A stretch of DNA of 64,000 nucleotides from Macrostomum lignano (GCA_002269645.1 NIVC01001393.1:124001-188000); one strand, 5' to 3'; positions 38,036 to 50,470 are shown, counted from the first letter of the stretch. Notes: generated from the sequence alone by a model not told the origin. Made by a program: numbers and translations.

Positions 38036-38941
38036 ATGGCGCACGCAAATGCACTTTTACCGCCAAAGTTTTCTGGCTCAGACGATACCGATATCAACAT
38101 GTGGCTGCAGATGTTTGAGGACTTTGCAGCAGATTCTGAGTGGAACGACACCAAGATGGCATCCAAGATCAAGCTGCTTCTATCAGGTGAAGCCCTCGTG
38201 TTCGTCTGGGACCTGCCAGCGGCCAAACAGAGCAGCCACAAGATCTTAAAGGACGAACTCGTCAAGTTCTACAGAGGCAAGGATAACACTTTTCGCGCTA
38301 TGTCTGAGTTCGAGAGCCGGAAGCGACGCCAAGGAGAGTCGCTGAGGGAGCTGTGCTACGCACTCAAGCTTCTGTATCGAAAGGCACGCCCGGAGCACGC
38401 TCAAACGGTGAGAGATTGCGAAGTGCGACACCGACTGCTAGCTCTGCTGCCGACAGAGATCCGTGAGGCTCTGTTGAAAGCTTCGAATTATGACAGCAGC
38501 AGTCCTGAACAGCTGGCAGACCGCGCCACAGCGCTGGAGAGCATCGGCAGCAAAAGAGCCCCGGTAAGCGTCGCAGTGACATCGGTGAGCAGCCAAGTGA
38601 CTGACCGGCTGGAGCAAATGCAAGAGCAGTTGGCGGATCTGGCTGCGACAGTCGCCACCATTGGCAGCCGCGGAGGACAGCGCGGTGGGAGAAGGAATGC
38701 AGCTCGTGGAAGAGGCAGCACCCGTGGAAAATGCTTTAACTGCGCTCAGCCTGGTCATTTCGCTGCTCAGTGTCCAGGCAAGCAAGTCGCTCCAGCTGTG
38801 CCGTCTGTGTGCAGCCGCTGCTCAGGCAGAGGACACTCGTTCCGCACTTCGCCAGCATCGCTAATCCGCTTCATCAGGCGACTCAGAAGAGTCGACAGTT
38901 TCAATGGACAACTCAGTGCGATGACGCTCTGCGGAAGCTGA
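38036..38941 (+). CDS. gag: Gag with CCHC zinc knuckle, truncated by the deletion and running out of frame after about 38845
   Basis: PPKFSGSDDTDINMWLQMFE, RKRRQGESL, CFNCAQPGHFAAQC; the second knuckle CSRCSGRGH is cut. Confidence 0.9.
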   Translation: MAHANALLPPKFSGSDDTDINMWLQMFEDFAADSEWNDTKMASKIKLLLSGEALVFVWDLPAAKQSSHKILKDELVKFYRGKDNTFRAMSEFESRKRRQGESLRELCYALKLLYRKARPEHAQTVRDCEVRHRLLALLPTEIREALLKASNYDSSSPEQLADRATALESIGSKRAPVSVAVTSVSSQVTDRLEQMQEQLADLAATVATIGSRGGQRGGRRNAARGRGSTRGKCFNCAQPGHFAAQCPGKQVAPAVPSVCSRCSGRGHSFRTSPASLIRFIRRLRRVDSFNGQLSAMTLCGS

Positions 38942-40803
38942 AGTCAGCTCTGTCGACACCACCCGTACTGAAGCTGCCTGACTACTCCAAGGGATTCCGG
39001 TTGTGCTGTGACAGCAGCGGAGTGGCCGTCGCTGGCGTCCTGAGCCAGCTCCACGAAGATGCCGAGTGTCCGGTAGCCTACGCGTCGAGAGTCCTGAACA
39101 AAGCGGAGCGCAATTATTCGACTACCCACAGAGAGCTTCTTGCGGTGGTCTGGGCGATGAAGCATTTCCGGAACTACTTGGCGTCCGCTGGCGAAATTCT
39201 CGTCTTCACCGACCACAAGCCGTTGCAAGGACTGCTCAACACGAAGGAGCCAGAAGGCCGGCTAGCCAGATGGATTACGTTTCTGCAGGAGATCAACTTC
39301 AAGCTGCTCTTCAGACCTGGTCGCGAAAACGTGTTTGCGGACGCACTGAGCCGAGCAGCGGCGACCCGGCTGCACCCTGCCTGGTCGGACAACGACATCC
39401 GTGTAGCGCAGGCTGACGACCCAGTGCTAGCGGCGGCTCGACAAGTGCTCCTCGGACAAAGGCCAAGACGTGGCAAGGCTGCAGATGACGCAGAACACCT
39501 GGTGAGGACAGAGAAGCTGGACCTTGGTGAAGATGGCGTCCTCAAGAAGAGTGGCCAACCCGTCATCCCGCGGCAGCTTCGCCAGGACCTGCTGCAGCTG
39601 CTGCACGACGATCCTGCAAGCGGGCACCTCGGAACCGAAAGGACGCTGGCCAGAGTCGTCAGCAGAGCTTGGTGGCCCGGCCTAAAGGACGACGTCCAGC
39701 ACTGGGTGAGCAGCTGCGAAGTGTGTCAGCGTCGCAAGGTACCGCATCAGCACCAGAGGGCACCGCTGCAGATCAACACCGTGCCATCAGCTCCTTGGGA
39801 GATGGTGCAGGTGGACATCAAAGGGCCCCTCCCAGAGACTGAAGCCGGCCTCAGGTACATCATCTGCTTCACGGACGTGTTTTCCAAGTGGGTTGAGGCG
39901 ACCGCGGTGTCCAACATTGAGGCCCGGACGGTTGCGGATGCGCTGCTAAGGAGTGTCGTTCTTCGCCACGGAGCGCCCGAAGTCATCCACTCCGATCAGG
40001 GTCATCAGTTTGAAAGTGACATCTTCCAAGAGCTGTGCCGCCTGCTGGATATTCGCAAGACAAGAACGACACCCTTCCATCCCAGCGGCAACCCTGCAGT
40101 CGAGCGGTTCAACCGAACATTAGGCGACATGCTGGCGGCGTACTGCATGGAACAGCAGAACAAATGGGCGGACTTCCTGCCGTACGTCATCTGTGCGTAC
40201 AACTCTTCAGCACTCTTCACCAAGAGGTCGCCCTACGCAGTGCTTCACGGATGTGACCCCAGGATCCCGGCAGAGCTCAGTTTACCTGCAGGCGGCGAAA
40301 GGAGGCTCGTCACGGACACGCTGGCAGACGCTCGCACCGGCTTGCAGCTCGTGCGGCAGCGCCTGCAGTCGACACAGCGGTCACGGAAGCAGTACGACAA
40401 GCGCCAGCACTTCACGCCGATCCAAGTCGGGCAGCTGGTGATGCTCAGCAACCCGGCGGTGTTGAAGGGCCAGTCCAAGGCTCTCCGTCGGCGGTGGCTG
40501 GGACCGTACCGCGTGCTCGAGAGGCTGGGCCCCATCACCTACCGGATCTCAAAACCCGCCGGCCGGAGACGAAGCACGGTGGTGCATCACAACCGGCTCA
40601 AGCTGTTCGTGCGCAGGCGGCCGCAGCCCGCTTCCTGGCAGTCCGCCCCGACTCCGCCCGCTGCAGAGGCCGGCCGACCGCCCAGCCCGGCTGTCGATCC
40701 GCGGCTGACCTGGACGGACTTGCTGGATGAGCCGACCGCAGTCAGCCCTCGGCGTTTTGCAAGGACTCGAAGACCGCCTGATTTTTATGCTGCGCAAAAC
40801 TAG
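38846..40803 (+). CDS. pol: Pol remnant: RT thumb/connection, RNase H and an intact integrase
   Basis: HFASIANPLHQ..QWT, LCCDSS..AGVL, NYSTTHRELLA, FTDHKPL, HHCC (HDDPASGH...CEVC), VQVDIKGP, HSDQG, VERFNRTL and GPY. Confidence 0.92.
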
Positions 40804-43152
40804 TTTACTGGTTCATTTTTGCTATTCGTGCATTTTTAATTCTCATGGTTTTACTGCCTCTTTTGTCTTTTCGCAGTTTTTTTTATTATCCTCAATTTAG
40901 GGAAGGAGTGATTTAAGAGGCGTGAATGTTTTCGCTGTTGTGTGGTTGTTATTGGGTCGGAGTTATTCATCTGCAAATAATCGCGATGTACATTGATTGA
41001 TGTACATTGCAAATATATAAATCGTTGCGCGTGGCTTTAGCCACTTCGTGTGTTTTTGGTCTCGCTTAACTCTCGCCTTCTCTCAGTTTACAGTGCAATG
41101 CCAGCTTGTGTCAATCAACAGTGAGATTGGGTGACAATGCACTTCCGCAAATCTTGCATAAAATTGACTTCCAGAAAATTGACTTTCGATAAATTCCCTG
41201 CCAGGCTGTTTGACTGCTGTGTTGCAAGCTGTTGTAAGCCTGCTGGCAGCCAATGTTATTGTAGACCTATTTAGAGGGTTAATCTCTAATCCAAGTTTGC
41301 CGAGTGGCGCGAGTGACCACGTGTTTACCGCTTTGTTATTGTTCAAAGCTGTTTTTGGTTGTGCTGCGAAATTGGTCTGGCGCTGTGTTTTCCGATGTCT
41401 GAACGACGGTTCTTGAGTGGAAAAGATATTTTCCGGCCAATTTCGTACGAAATCGCTATTGATGATTTTTTCAAAGTCTACGTAGCCAAATCATCGCCAG
41501 ATGCATCATGTAGGTGGCACGGCTGCGCTAAAATTTCTATAACGTCAGCCGGATGGCGAAATCACGATCGGCATCACAATAGGCCTTTGAGCAGTCTCAA
41601 AGAACTGCGGCATAAATGCGATGTTTCTGGGGCCACCTTAGCCGCCTCTGCGCAGATCATGATAGTGCCGGTGCACTCGCCACGTGGCTGATTGCTCGGC
41701 AGTTATTTCTGAAATTTTCTCCAAAAGAAGACGGCATTCTGTGCCCCCAAAAGTGGTCAAATATGGCTGAGCCCATCTGCGTTTCATTCGCAGCTCAGCT
41801 ATACAAGCATAGCGGTCCGATTATGTCTTCTAGCATTCCCTTTCAAGCAAGCTCTAACTATCTTCTTTGCCGCCTTCGATGCCGGCTTTCCTGGCGTCGA
41901 GGGCTTCTTTGTGCGCCCGCATAATTGGCCATTGCGCCGCCAATTTTCCTTTAGCCATTCGATTTGCAGATACGGCTCTGCACCTGCGTTCGTACACGGT
42001 TATCAAGCGCTAAAACTGGACGCTAGTCGGGGCCAAAATTGTGCTCAAAGCAAACACCTGAACATATTTTTATACCTGAAAATGAGAACAAGGAGTGAAA
42101 AGGCAAAATTTAGCAAATAGCTCTCATGCATGATCTGCGCGGGCCCCAATGATCATTATAGGTGAAAGTTAAATAGTTCGGAAAAAGTACTCGAGCAGGC
42201 GGAAATAGCTGCTCAACCCGCGGGCCATCATCTAATCTCTTCGTGACGCACGCCATGGCTGGTGCCCTCCCGAGCGTATCCCGCCATATCAGACCCATCA
42301 AATGCAGTTCCATCCAACCTACCAGCCAGTCTTTAAATCTCTTGCAAAGTACAATTTCTGCTGATGCTGTTCTGAAATAGCTAAAATCCTTTTTTGGACT
42401 TTTGAGTAGAAGTTGTCAGTCTCTCATTTCTAACTTGAATAGACTGTTCATCGCTTTGATTGATGCAGAAAAATTTATCGACTGGTTTTCATTGCCTTAG
42501 TTAAAGATTTAATACGTTGGTGATCCATGGCGTGCTCGAGCTCGTGACCCGAGTACTAGGGAAGCGTGATAAAAACTTGTCTTCTAAGCAACCTCAGTAT
42601 TGAGCTGGTATGTACCCCCCACTTGCCCCGAGCAGTTGTCTATGTTTTTAAGCTTTTAATTTATTTGCACTAGTGCTATAAATTTTTTATTTCACTTTGC
42701 ATCAATGCAAATAAATTATGCCCGTTTCAAGTTAGGGATACATCATATTCCCAACTCATTTTGTTGTCTAGGGCCAAAAGCACTCGGTATCTCGCTTATT
42801 GACCGAGGCGAACGAGACACCTCGTGCTTTTGCCCGCTAGACAACAAAATAAATGGGGAATATTATACATTTATGCCAACAGTTTATTGAGCAGATGCTT
42901 TATTAGAGACAGGCTGTGTGCACCCTGGCGCACTTTAAGTCACACAACCGGCGAGAGGCATTACTGCTGATTCCGCCGACTCCCCTGAGCAGGCACACAA
43001 GCGCCCGGATACGCACGCAGTCACACGCACAGGCACACACTCAGAAGTGCACAGCGGCCCTGACTTTATTTATCATTCGGCCTTGGGAGTGCCAAGGGCG
43101 TTAATTGCACGAGCAGAGCCAAGCCGAGATTCCAATTTAGACCCAGATTAAT

Positions 43153-43228
43153 GAGACTGCACTTGGAATCGAACCTGGGCCGCTGGCACATCTGAGCACC
43201 GTGCTGGACCACTAGGCTACGCCCCCCC
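43153..43228 (-). mobile_element. tRNA-like Pol III head (SINE 5' region or tRNA pseudogene)
   Basis: Reverse strand GGGGCGTAGCCTAGTGG (A box) ... GGTTCGATTCC (B box); a canonical cloverleaf is not evident. Confidence 0.55.
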
Positions 43229-43599
43229 CCCCTGAGCAGACGCTACTCGCGAAGCAGCTTACTTGTCATGTGCTCCCAGCGAACCAGTTTTTTTGCCGGA
43301 GAATGCCAGCATTAGGGTTGTCACATCTTGATTATTTTTTTCTGTACGTGTCGCCGTGTCGACTTCTCGTAAAACAATTTAGTTGGGGCGGAAGATGTAC
43401 GAGATTTTGAGAACCGTGGGCAGTCAACTTGTAGTTGTAGTAATATTTGCGCGACATGATGTGGGACCAGAATTTAGCTACTCCCATTGCCAAACCACAT
43501 AGTCCACAACAATGATGAAGAGCTGGCGATGCGGAACCACTCCTCCTCAATTCCTTTGTGGAGAGTCATCTTTCAACTGAACAAATGCTCTGGAGAGAC

Positions 43600-43960
43600 T
43601 CACTGCAGCTGATTTCAGAACAGCTGTGCAAGCAGTTTCCGTTCTGCACGCTGAGTCGAAGGCTGCAGTTTTGTTGGGCGGTCCTGCAGTCTGAGACCCT
43701 ACCAGACCGCCGCAGGAACGGAGTTGATGCTTTGGACGGTGAGACCTCTTGCTGTACTAAGACAACGCTGAGACCTGAGCTTTCGGCACTCCAAATTGTC
43801 TGCGCCGAGTTGTACTGCCTCCAGCCGGTTCAAGATGTGCCATTGCTGACGCTGCAGGCACCCTACTGGCGAAGTCAGGCACGCACTCGGCGCTACACCG
43901 ATTACCTGCGTCCGTGTCTGGTAACTACTGAGGGTGCCAATGCAAACTCCAGCCCATTTT
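43600..43960 (+). mobile_element. Decayed RTE-like LINE 3' fragment
   Basis: AVLQSETLPDRRR and LLTLQAPYWRSQARTRRYTDYL match the same family as the 5.3-5.9 kb copy. Confidence 0.7.
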
Positions 43961-44642
43961 GTATGACGAAGTGCACAATCAAAAAACGCCAGGCACACGC
44001 CGTCCAGCACAAAAGTACTTGGTCTGAGAGCGCTCCTGTTCAGCATTTTGTTCAAAAACGGGAAATTTGGTAACAATGAGCAAAACTTGGACTGTTAAGT
44101 CATTTTACATCCTGAATTACCAACACTTTTTCCTTTATCTTTGGCAACGGTTCTAAGTTCCAGGTAGCTGATGCAGTTGTTGCAGCACGGCCTGCTCCTG
44201 CGCTCTCAGGATACCAATAACTATTTACATGTACGAATTAGTTTAAAAAAGTGACCAACTCCCCAGTTTCAATGATTATGTGACCAACTTAAAGTTTGAA
44301 TCGTTACCGAAAAAATGAAAAAAATACTGAATTGCTTTCAGACAATACTCAAAGCTAAGTTAAATAAGTTTGTCTGCCTAATTTTGAAAAAGAAATTACA
44401 GAGATTCCCCACTTCGAATTCCGGCTCCCTGCTCCCTTTTGCACCAATCGAACCGTTAAAGCTAATTGACCGCAGCGATAATCCCCAACTTCAAGGCGTT
44501 TGGGCCCATCCGATTGGCTGTAGATGTCTATAAAAGTTGCTAAAGTCTCTGATCGGAACTTCCAGCCTGGAACAGCGCTCGATTCTTGGACAAGCCAGCC
44601 TCGTCAATCTCTTCCGCTGGAGTCATTATTCGGATAGTGATA

Positions 44643-45188
44643 ATGGCCGTCTCCGCTGGAACCCTGAGTGCAGGTGAGAGCGAATGCTTCATGTCGCAGG
44701 TCGTTGTTCATTCTTTATATTTTTCGATGAAAATGTGAACTCACTATCAACACCACAACAAACTCGTTGCAGCCCTGCTCGTTCTGACGCTTCTGTTGCT
44801 GTGCAGTTGCTCGAATAGCCAAGCCAATCCGCCAAAGATCGGCATCAATGGTAAAGTGTTTCTACCCAAGGAGAAGTTCAGAACTTGCAACGCCAGGAAG
44901 CTGTTCGAAGTGCTCGGGACCGCCTGCGCTGGCGTCGGCCTGAACACCAGTGTGCAGCTGCGGTTTCTCGCCAGACGGCGGCGCAGCTCCGATATTGCCG
45001 GTGGGTTTTATATTCCATTTTAGTATGCATTGCGCTGTTCAAATTTCTAACTGTAATCAAAACTGAGACGTATATTGCGCAACCTTGTTGCAGAGATCCT
45101 GAAACCAGTTCTACAGAGATGCTGCAAAAACGAGACGGGCTGTTCACTTTGCGAGCTTCAAAGGTTCTGCAAATCGCAGCCGGCGTAA
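44643..45188 (+). CDS. Insulin-like peptide precursor 1; 3 exons, about 117 aa
   Basis: Exons 44643-44673, 44773-45000 and 45094-45188 (phase-1 GT-AG introns). Signal peptide MAVSAGTLSAALLVLTLLLLCSCSNSQA, B chain RTCNARKLFEVLGTACAG, RRRR processing site, A chain RCCKNETGCSLCELQRFC. Confidence 0.85.
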
Positions 45189-46799
45189 GACAAATGTTGT
45201 TCGTGTTTGGTAACAACTGGAACTCGCGACTTCACCGGTTTTTCATCACATTTTCCCCTCCCTGACACTATTCCAGCTGGGTTGAAAACTGGTGTTAAGC
45301 CTTCTCGGAGGTCGCTGGACAACAGTGGATTCACGAATGATTACGAATGGCAATTTCTGACCTTACTTTGTTTAACAAGTATTGAGCCCAGATATGCTTG
45401 GGTTGAACCGTGCATATTTGTAGTGCTCACAGTTGCTCATTTCAAACTCAACTGCCGGTGAAAATTTACAAATAAACCTGAAGTCGGGGACTCAGGTCCC
45501 AGAAAACTTCGCTTGCTCCTAATTCTGCACTCAAAAGGCAATTTAACTGTGTTTTTTATTCTCTTTTTCTAGAGCGAATAGTAGTGTGTTTTACTGCATA
45601 TTTCCAATATTCAATGCTGACGATAGAACACATCGACAATTTGCAACTTGTAACAGCTTAAGGCATACTTATGTCGTACTAACGACTGGAGCATCAGAAA
45701 CTAGCAGCGTACGCTTGAAGACAGGCATCATTTAAAGTTACGGTTGAACGTTACTCCAGTTTTATGGACAATGGCTTAAATTCAGAAAAACTGCTCCAAG
45801 AGTCCGAACAAACGCTGAAAACTTAGCAAAATCACCGTTCTTCCTGGCCTCTGCAATGAATTTTTTCTAATTGGGGATTTTTCTTATCCCGAGATTGTCT
45901 ATGGTAAAACGTCATTCGATGCAATACAATATCCAAAAACTCATTTAGGGAGAACACACTGTACTTCAAGTTTTTCCCGCTTCTAGCAGTTTAAAAAGTA
46001 AAAAAAATATCGGGCCTTCAACCGTAATTACAACCTGATTACAGCCGTAACTTCTAGAGGTCCTTGAGTTTAAGCCGATAGGTTGTCCATTTCATTAATT
46101 TGTTTTGCTTCGGGGATAAACTAACACAGTTTCTAACCCTTTGAAATTGGGTTCACGGAAGTTGGTTTACAGATGATTTCAAATATGCGTGTTTGGATGG
46201 CTCTCCTGGAAGTCGCATATCTGAGTGTACTTACTCGTCTGTCGTCCATTAGGTCCAGCCTCCCGAGGCACGGCACGTCAATTGGTAAGGATAACTCGCG
46301 TTGGATCATTAAAACTGTTTCACAAGCGTCTTAAAATCCGCTTAAGTCGTGCAATCATTTCCTAGGGCCTTGATTTGATCTGCGCCATTTTAAATGAGCA
46401 GCTCCGTTAAAAGTCTTTGTACCATTTTACAAAGGGCTTAAAAATTAATTAGAAGGCCTCATTCAATAAAATTAAAAACGATTTAATCCGATTGAATTCT
46501 TTTTAATTAGCTCATAAGTCTCATTAATTCTTAAATTGAACGCAATTCAGTGTCGAACAGTAACGTCTTTTCTCAAAGGCAAAAAATAGCCTATCCAAAC
46601 ACAGTTGCATCTGTTTGTAGCAACTGTGCCTGCTCCAGGCATTGCCCATCCACTCTGTGGGTATTGAGGTCACCAGAGTGATGAACCGCGCGTGCTCGTC
46701 GGTGAGAGGAGGCACCCAACGAAATGACCACGGCACACGTCGTCGCAATTCATAAGAAGCCGGGCACCACAGGACTTAAAGAGAGTGGAGCATCTGCCT

Positions 46800-47270
46800 T
46801 CAGTGCTGAGCTGCGAAGCTGATCAACCGGATGCTGCTATCGCGGTTGCAGCCCACGCTGGATCTGCGACCTGCGCAGAACGGGTTCCGGCCCCATTGTG
46901 GCACAAGTGGCCTACGGATCTGCAGCATCGCTGCTGGCTTGATTTAGCTGCCTTTCGTTCTTTGATGGCGGTCCTGCAGTCGGAGGCCCTACCAAACCAG
47001 GCTGTAGTTGTTACTTGAGTGGTTAAGTCTACAGCGCCCAAAACTTGGGCTCTGACAGATTTGCAAGTTGCAAGTCGACAATCGTCTGTCGTTACTTTGT
47101 TGCTTTACAGAATGGGCGACGATTGAGTCACAAACATAGCCTACTTTATCGCCGCGCCGGCATGGCCCGTCCAAAAGACGTGTAACGTCATTTGAACGAG
47201 TCCTACAGGCATCGTACCATAGGCCAGGGCAGGAATCTGTCGTTATTCGGCAGCGCTGCTTATGTTCAAA
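46800..47270 (+). mobile_element. Decayed RTE-like LINE fragment between the two ILP genes
   Basis: LAAFRSLMAVLQSEALP and GDD*VTN..LYRRAGMARP. Confidence 0.65.
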
Positions 47271-48087
47271 CCCGAGCGCTGGGGTGCGCCCTGTGACTCC
47301 ACTTTTATAACCTTGAAGTGAATCATGGTGTTTTTGTACATGTGCGTATGCTCAACTTGGTTTGAGTCTGAGTGTCTTCAACTTGAAGCCTCCGTTGTTT
47401 GAACTAATGAACTGAACTTTCCTGTTAGTTAGTTCTTAGGGAGCTTTGGTCACTACGGCAAATCAAGCCCTTCCACTGATCCCTGAGCATGCCCACGCAT
47501 GCACATTACGTTCGGCAGAACCGCCCTCACACACGTAATTAGTCAGTATTATATATCTATTCTTCATAAAGTAGCTACTCTACACGTGCAAGTATGCTTT
47601 CCCTTATAAATACTTCTTTGCTTAGAAATCGGATTTCCTGAAAGTTGGATTCCCAGATTTCAAGCCTCGCCCCTTCGATGCAATATTTGCTGACCGCCCA
47701 CCTGGCGTCTTCCTGTTTCCGCGCCAATCAAACCGAGTCGAGCAGAATTTCAATCATTGGCTTATGCAGCTGCATCAGCGCGCACTGATTGGCCACTGAA
47801 GCCAATAAATTGCTGCTACTCCCGGCCCTCAAAACTGATTTATCTGCCACTCGTCCAAGGCTCGACTAAAAAAGGCGTCTTTCAGGAGTGCACTTATAGT
47901 TTTCCCGTCTAAACTGTGTGGGCGTTTCCTTTACCTGCTCTTTTTTGAAGGCAGCTAGCACTACCTGTAGCTTCAATGGCTAGCGGAGCCGCGTTTTCGG
48001 CGGAAGGTCTTCGAGTAAGTCTAACAGTCTCTCGCTCAGCCACTTCCTATGTCTAATTTATCAATGCCTCACCTGTCTGCAGGGTGC

Positions 48088-48615
48088 ATGCCGCTTCTCC
48101 TAATGCCCCTGCTGCTGCTGCCTTTGCTGCTGCTGCCAATGGCTTCAGCTTCATCAAAGATGACTCTGGAGGAGGCCAACCGGCTGAACGAGTACGCGCA
48201 CAAGCGCATCCGGTCCTGCAACTTGCGCAGACTGCTCAGCACCATCATGGTGCTGTGCAAAGAGGTGGGCCTGTACAACTCCAGCAACGCGGCGTGCAAA
48301 AAAGCTTCCGGCGAAGCTCCATCCAAGCGAGACGTCGACTTCTCCAAACTGCAGGTGCTGCCGGACGACAGACAGACAGGCGGCGGCTCACTGCCTTGGA
48401 GCACAATGCACCCTGGTGAGCGCAACAGTGTAGTTGGTGAGCTCGTGACGCAGCAACTGCTTGATGCTGTGTACAGAGTTCGTCTGACTAAATAGATTTA
48501 TTTTTGTTTCTTATTAAAATTGATTTCAGACGAGAGTGCTGTGCTGGATGCCTGCTGCTACCGGCACTGCAACTACTGCATGCTGCAGAGGTACTGCTGC
48601 ACTGCGCCAACGTAA
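48088..48615 (+). CDS. Insulin-like peptide precursor 2; 2 coding exons, about 137 aa
   Basis: Exons 48088-48415 and 48530-48615 (phase 1). Leu-rich signal peptide, B chain RSCNLRRLLSTIMVLCKE, KK/KR sites, A chain ACCYRHCNYCMLQRYCC. A 5'-UTR intron runs 48015-48082. Confidence 0.87.
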
Positions 48616-49260
48616 GTTCACACTGCGTAGCACTGCGCTTCATTAAGCATAAGTGTAATCTCATCGCAACTGCAACCGATTTCCAGTTGGGCCAAGAAGT
48701 TCTGCTACTATACCATGCCCTACGACGCGAAATAAGGACCTAAACTGGGCCGCGAACCTGCTTAAAACTAAAACCATTGATGAGCAACCCCTACCCTATG
48801 AGTTGATCCCAACCAACTCATGCCGCAGTGGTCTGCAAACGCATAGCCAATGGCTTTGACTGTTAAGCTCCCACAAGAAGCTACTTATTCAGCAAATATA
48901 TCTAGCGGCCAACAGCGCCACCCAAATCGCAAGTGGTTATATTTGCGCGTCTAAGTTTTTGCATTAAAAATGAAAAAAAATCACGCCTTTAAGGCAAGCA
49001 TTCCACATTTCAATCGGTTGAAACTTTGTGGACTTTTTTAATTTGATAAAAATTAAAATCAAACTATAAGTAAATAACTTTTGAGGCTTTGTATCTGAGT
49101 AATTACAAACTATTGAAATTATTTTTAATTAATTTTAATTGGTTTTGATACATGAATTGAAATAAGGCAATTTTAAGGACTTTGAAATATCTCAGTCAAA
49201 CTGATCATAAGGCATCAATACGTTATAGAGCAATATTGACAGGCTGCAGAGGGTTAAAAC

Positions 49261-49320
49261 CAAGGAGTTCTATACTTAGCAAGGTGCTAATTAGCAAGGT
49301 GCTAATTATAGAGCTCCTTG
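49261..49320. mobile_element. 60-bp P-like mini element
   Basis: TIR CAAGGAGTTCTATA / TATAGAGCTCCTTG; flanks GTTAAAAC / GTTGAAAC (8-bp TSD with 1 mismatch). Confidence 0.55.
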
Positions 49321-49407
49321 GTTGAAACGAGCCAAAACCTCGAGGAGAGTAAGCGTCGGAACGTGAAAATGTCTATGGAAAAAACTGGAAAATCCATACA
49401 GCTGGGT

Positions 49408-49598
49408 CAAGGAGTTCTATAATTAGCAACCTGGAGTGGAAGCGAGCTTTACCTCATGAGGCCATGCCAATTGTAAAGATAAGGAGCCAGCACTGAATGT
49501 CTATGGCTCTGTCTGACTCTGTCTATGCTAGTCTGGCCTAATGAGGCAAAACTGAAAAACTCGTTTCCACACCAGGTTGCTGGTTGTAGAACTCCTTG
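49408..49598. mobile_element. 191-bp P-like MITE of the same TIR family
   Basis: Imperfect TIRs of about 39 bp, CAAGGAGTTCTATAATTAGCAACCTGGAGTGGAAGCGAG; 7-bp TSD GCTGGGT. Confidence 0.7.
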
Positions 49599-49720
49599 GC
49601 TGGGTCAAGGAAGTCTGTGGTCTGAAGGCAGAGCTGCCCCACGTAAACAATAATCTGTGTAGCTCAAAGAGTATTGAGGTCGCCTAGTATAGAGCACAGA
49701 ATATACACAGAATAGTACAT

Positions 49721-49840
49721 TAATACCCATGCTTTAAGGGCGTTAATGGGAAAATCAGAGGGCGCCATTAGGCGTTAGGCGTTAGGCTACCGTTAGGCGC
49801 CCGAGGATTTCTCATTAACGCCCTTAAAGCATGGGTATTA
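49721..49840. repeat. Palindromic mini element (arms of about 35 bp)
   Basis: TAATACCCATGCTTTAAGGGCGTTAATGGGAAAATC ... GATTTCTCATTAACGCCCTTAAAGCATGGGTATTA. Confidence 0.8.
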
Positions 49841-50470
49841 CTATCATTGTGCCATAGACATTTGTGTCCTTGACAAAGTGGGACAAAATTAGCGGGCAGC
49901 TAATGATATTAACTGCCCGCTAATTGCATTAGAGTAAGTTTGAAATAGACAATCGGGCGTTAAATGTCAATAATCCATAGAAATAAAGACTTTCCGTGAC
50001 AATATTTGCGTTCTCCGGGATTTTATTTGGTAATATTCAATAATATCCCGTAAAGTCTTTATGTCTATGGTTTATACGAGATTACACATGCCTTTTTCGG
50101 GAGTTATTTTCATAAATCCCTCGGGCCTCAGGCCCTCGTGATAACTCCCTCAAAAGGCATGTTTGCCCGCTAATGCCCGCTAATTTGCATTAAAGTAAGT
50201 GTGACTCCTGCAAGCGGGCTTAAATGTAGTTTATGGCATTAGAAGGCAAGAATAAGTGCCCAGCGGGCACAAAGGTCATCGTACGATGCCGATTCGAGCA
50301 TTTTTGTTTAAAAAATCGGTGCAAGAATTGAAATCACACCAGCCTACTCTTGTTGTGAAGCTTTGATAAGTAGGTAGTAGTTGAGTTTTTGCCATAGACT
50401 ATTCAAAGAGCGACTTTTATTCTTTGCTTTCAAATGAAAATTAAGTTCAGTCTGAGCGTTTCTGCGCAGC

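Larger units (their letters stand above)
37818..41092 (+). mobile_element. Gypsy LTR retrotransposon, LTR-to-LTR, with an internal deletion of the protease and most of RT
   Basis: 181-bp LTRs at 37818-37998 (TGTAA...TTACA) and 40912-41092 (starts TTTAA, otherwise apparently identical); 4-bp TSD GTGC; PBS TGGTGGCAGCGG at 38000-38011 (tRNA-Leu-like); PPT AGGGAAGGAG at 40899. Confidence 0.95.

Noticed and set aside
41083-42890. Scattered 60-110-aa ORFs downstream of the LTR element
   Set aside because: No recognisable motifs, coding bias or splice framework.
48049-48495. ORF-track 148-aa protein as the full product
   Set aside because: It starts in the 5'-UTR intron and reads through the donor at 48416; the A chain is in a separate exon.
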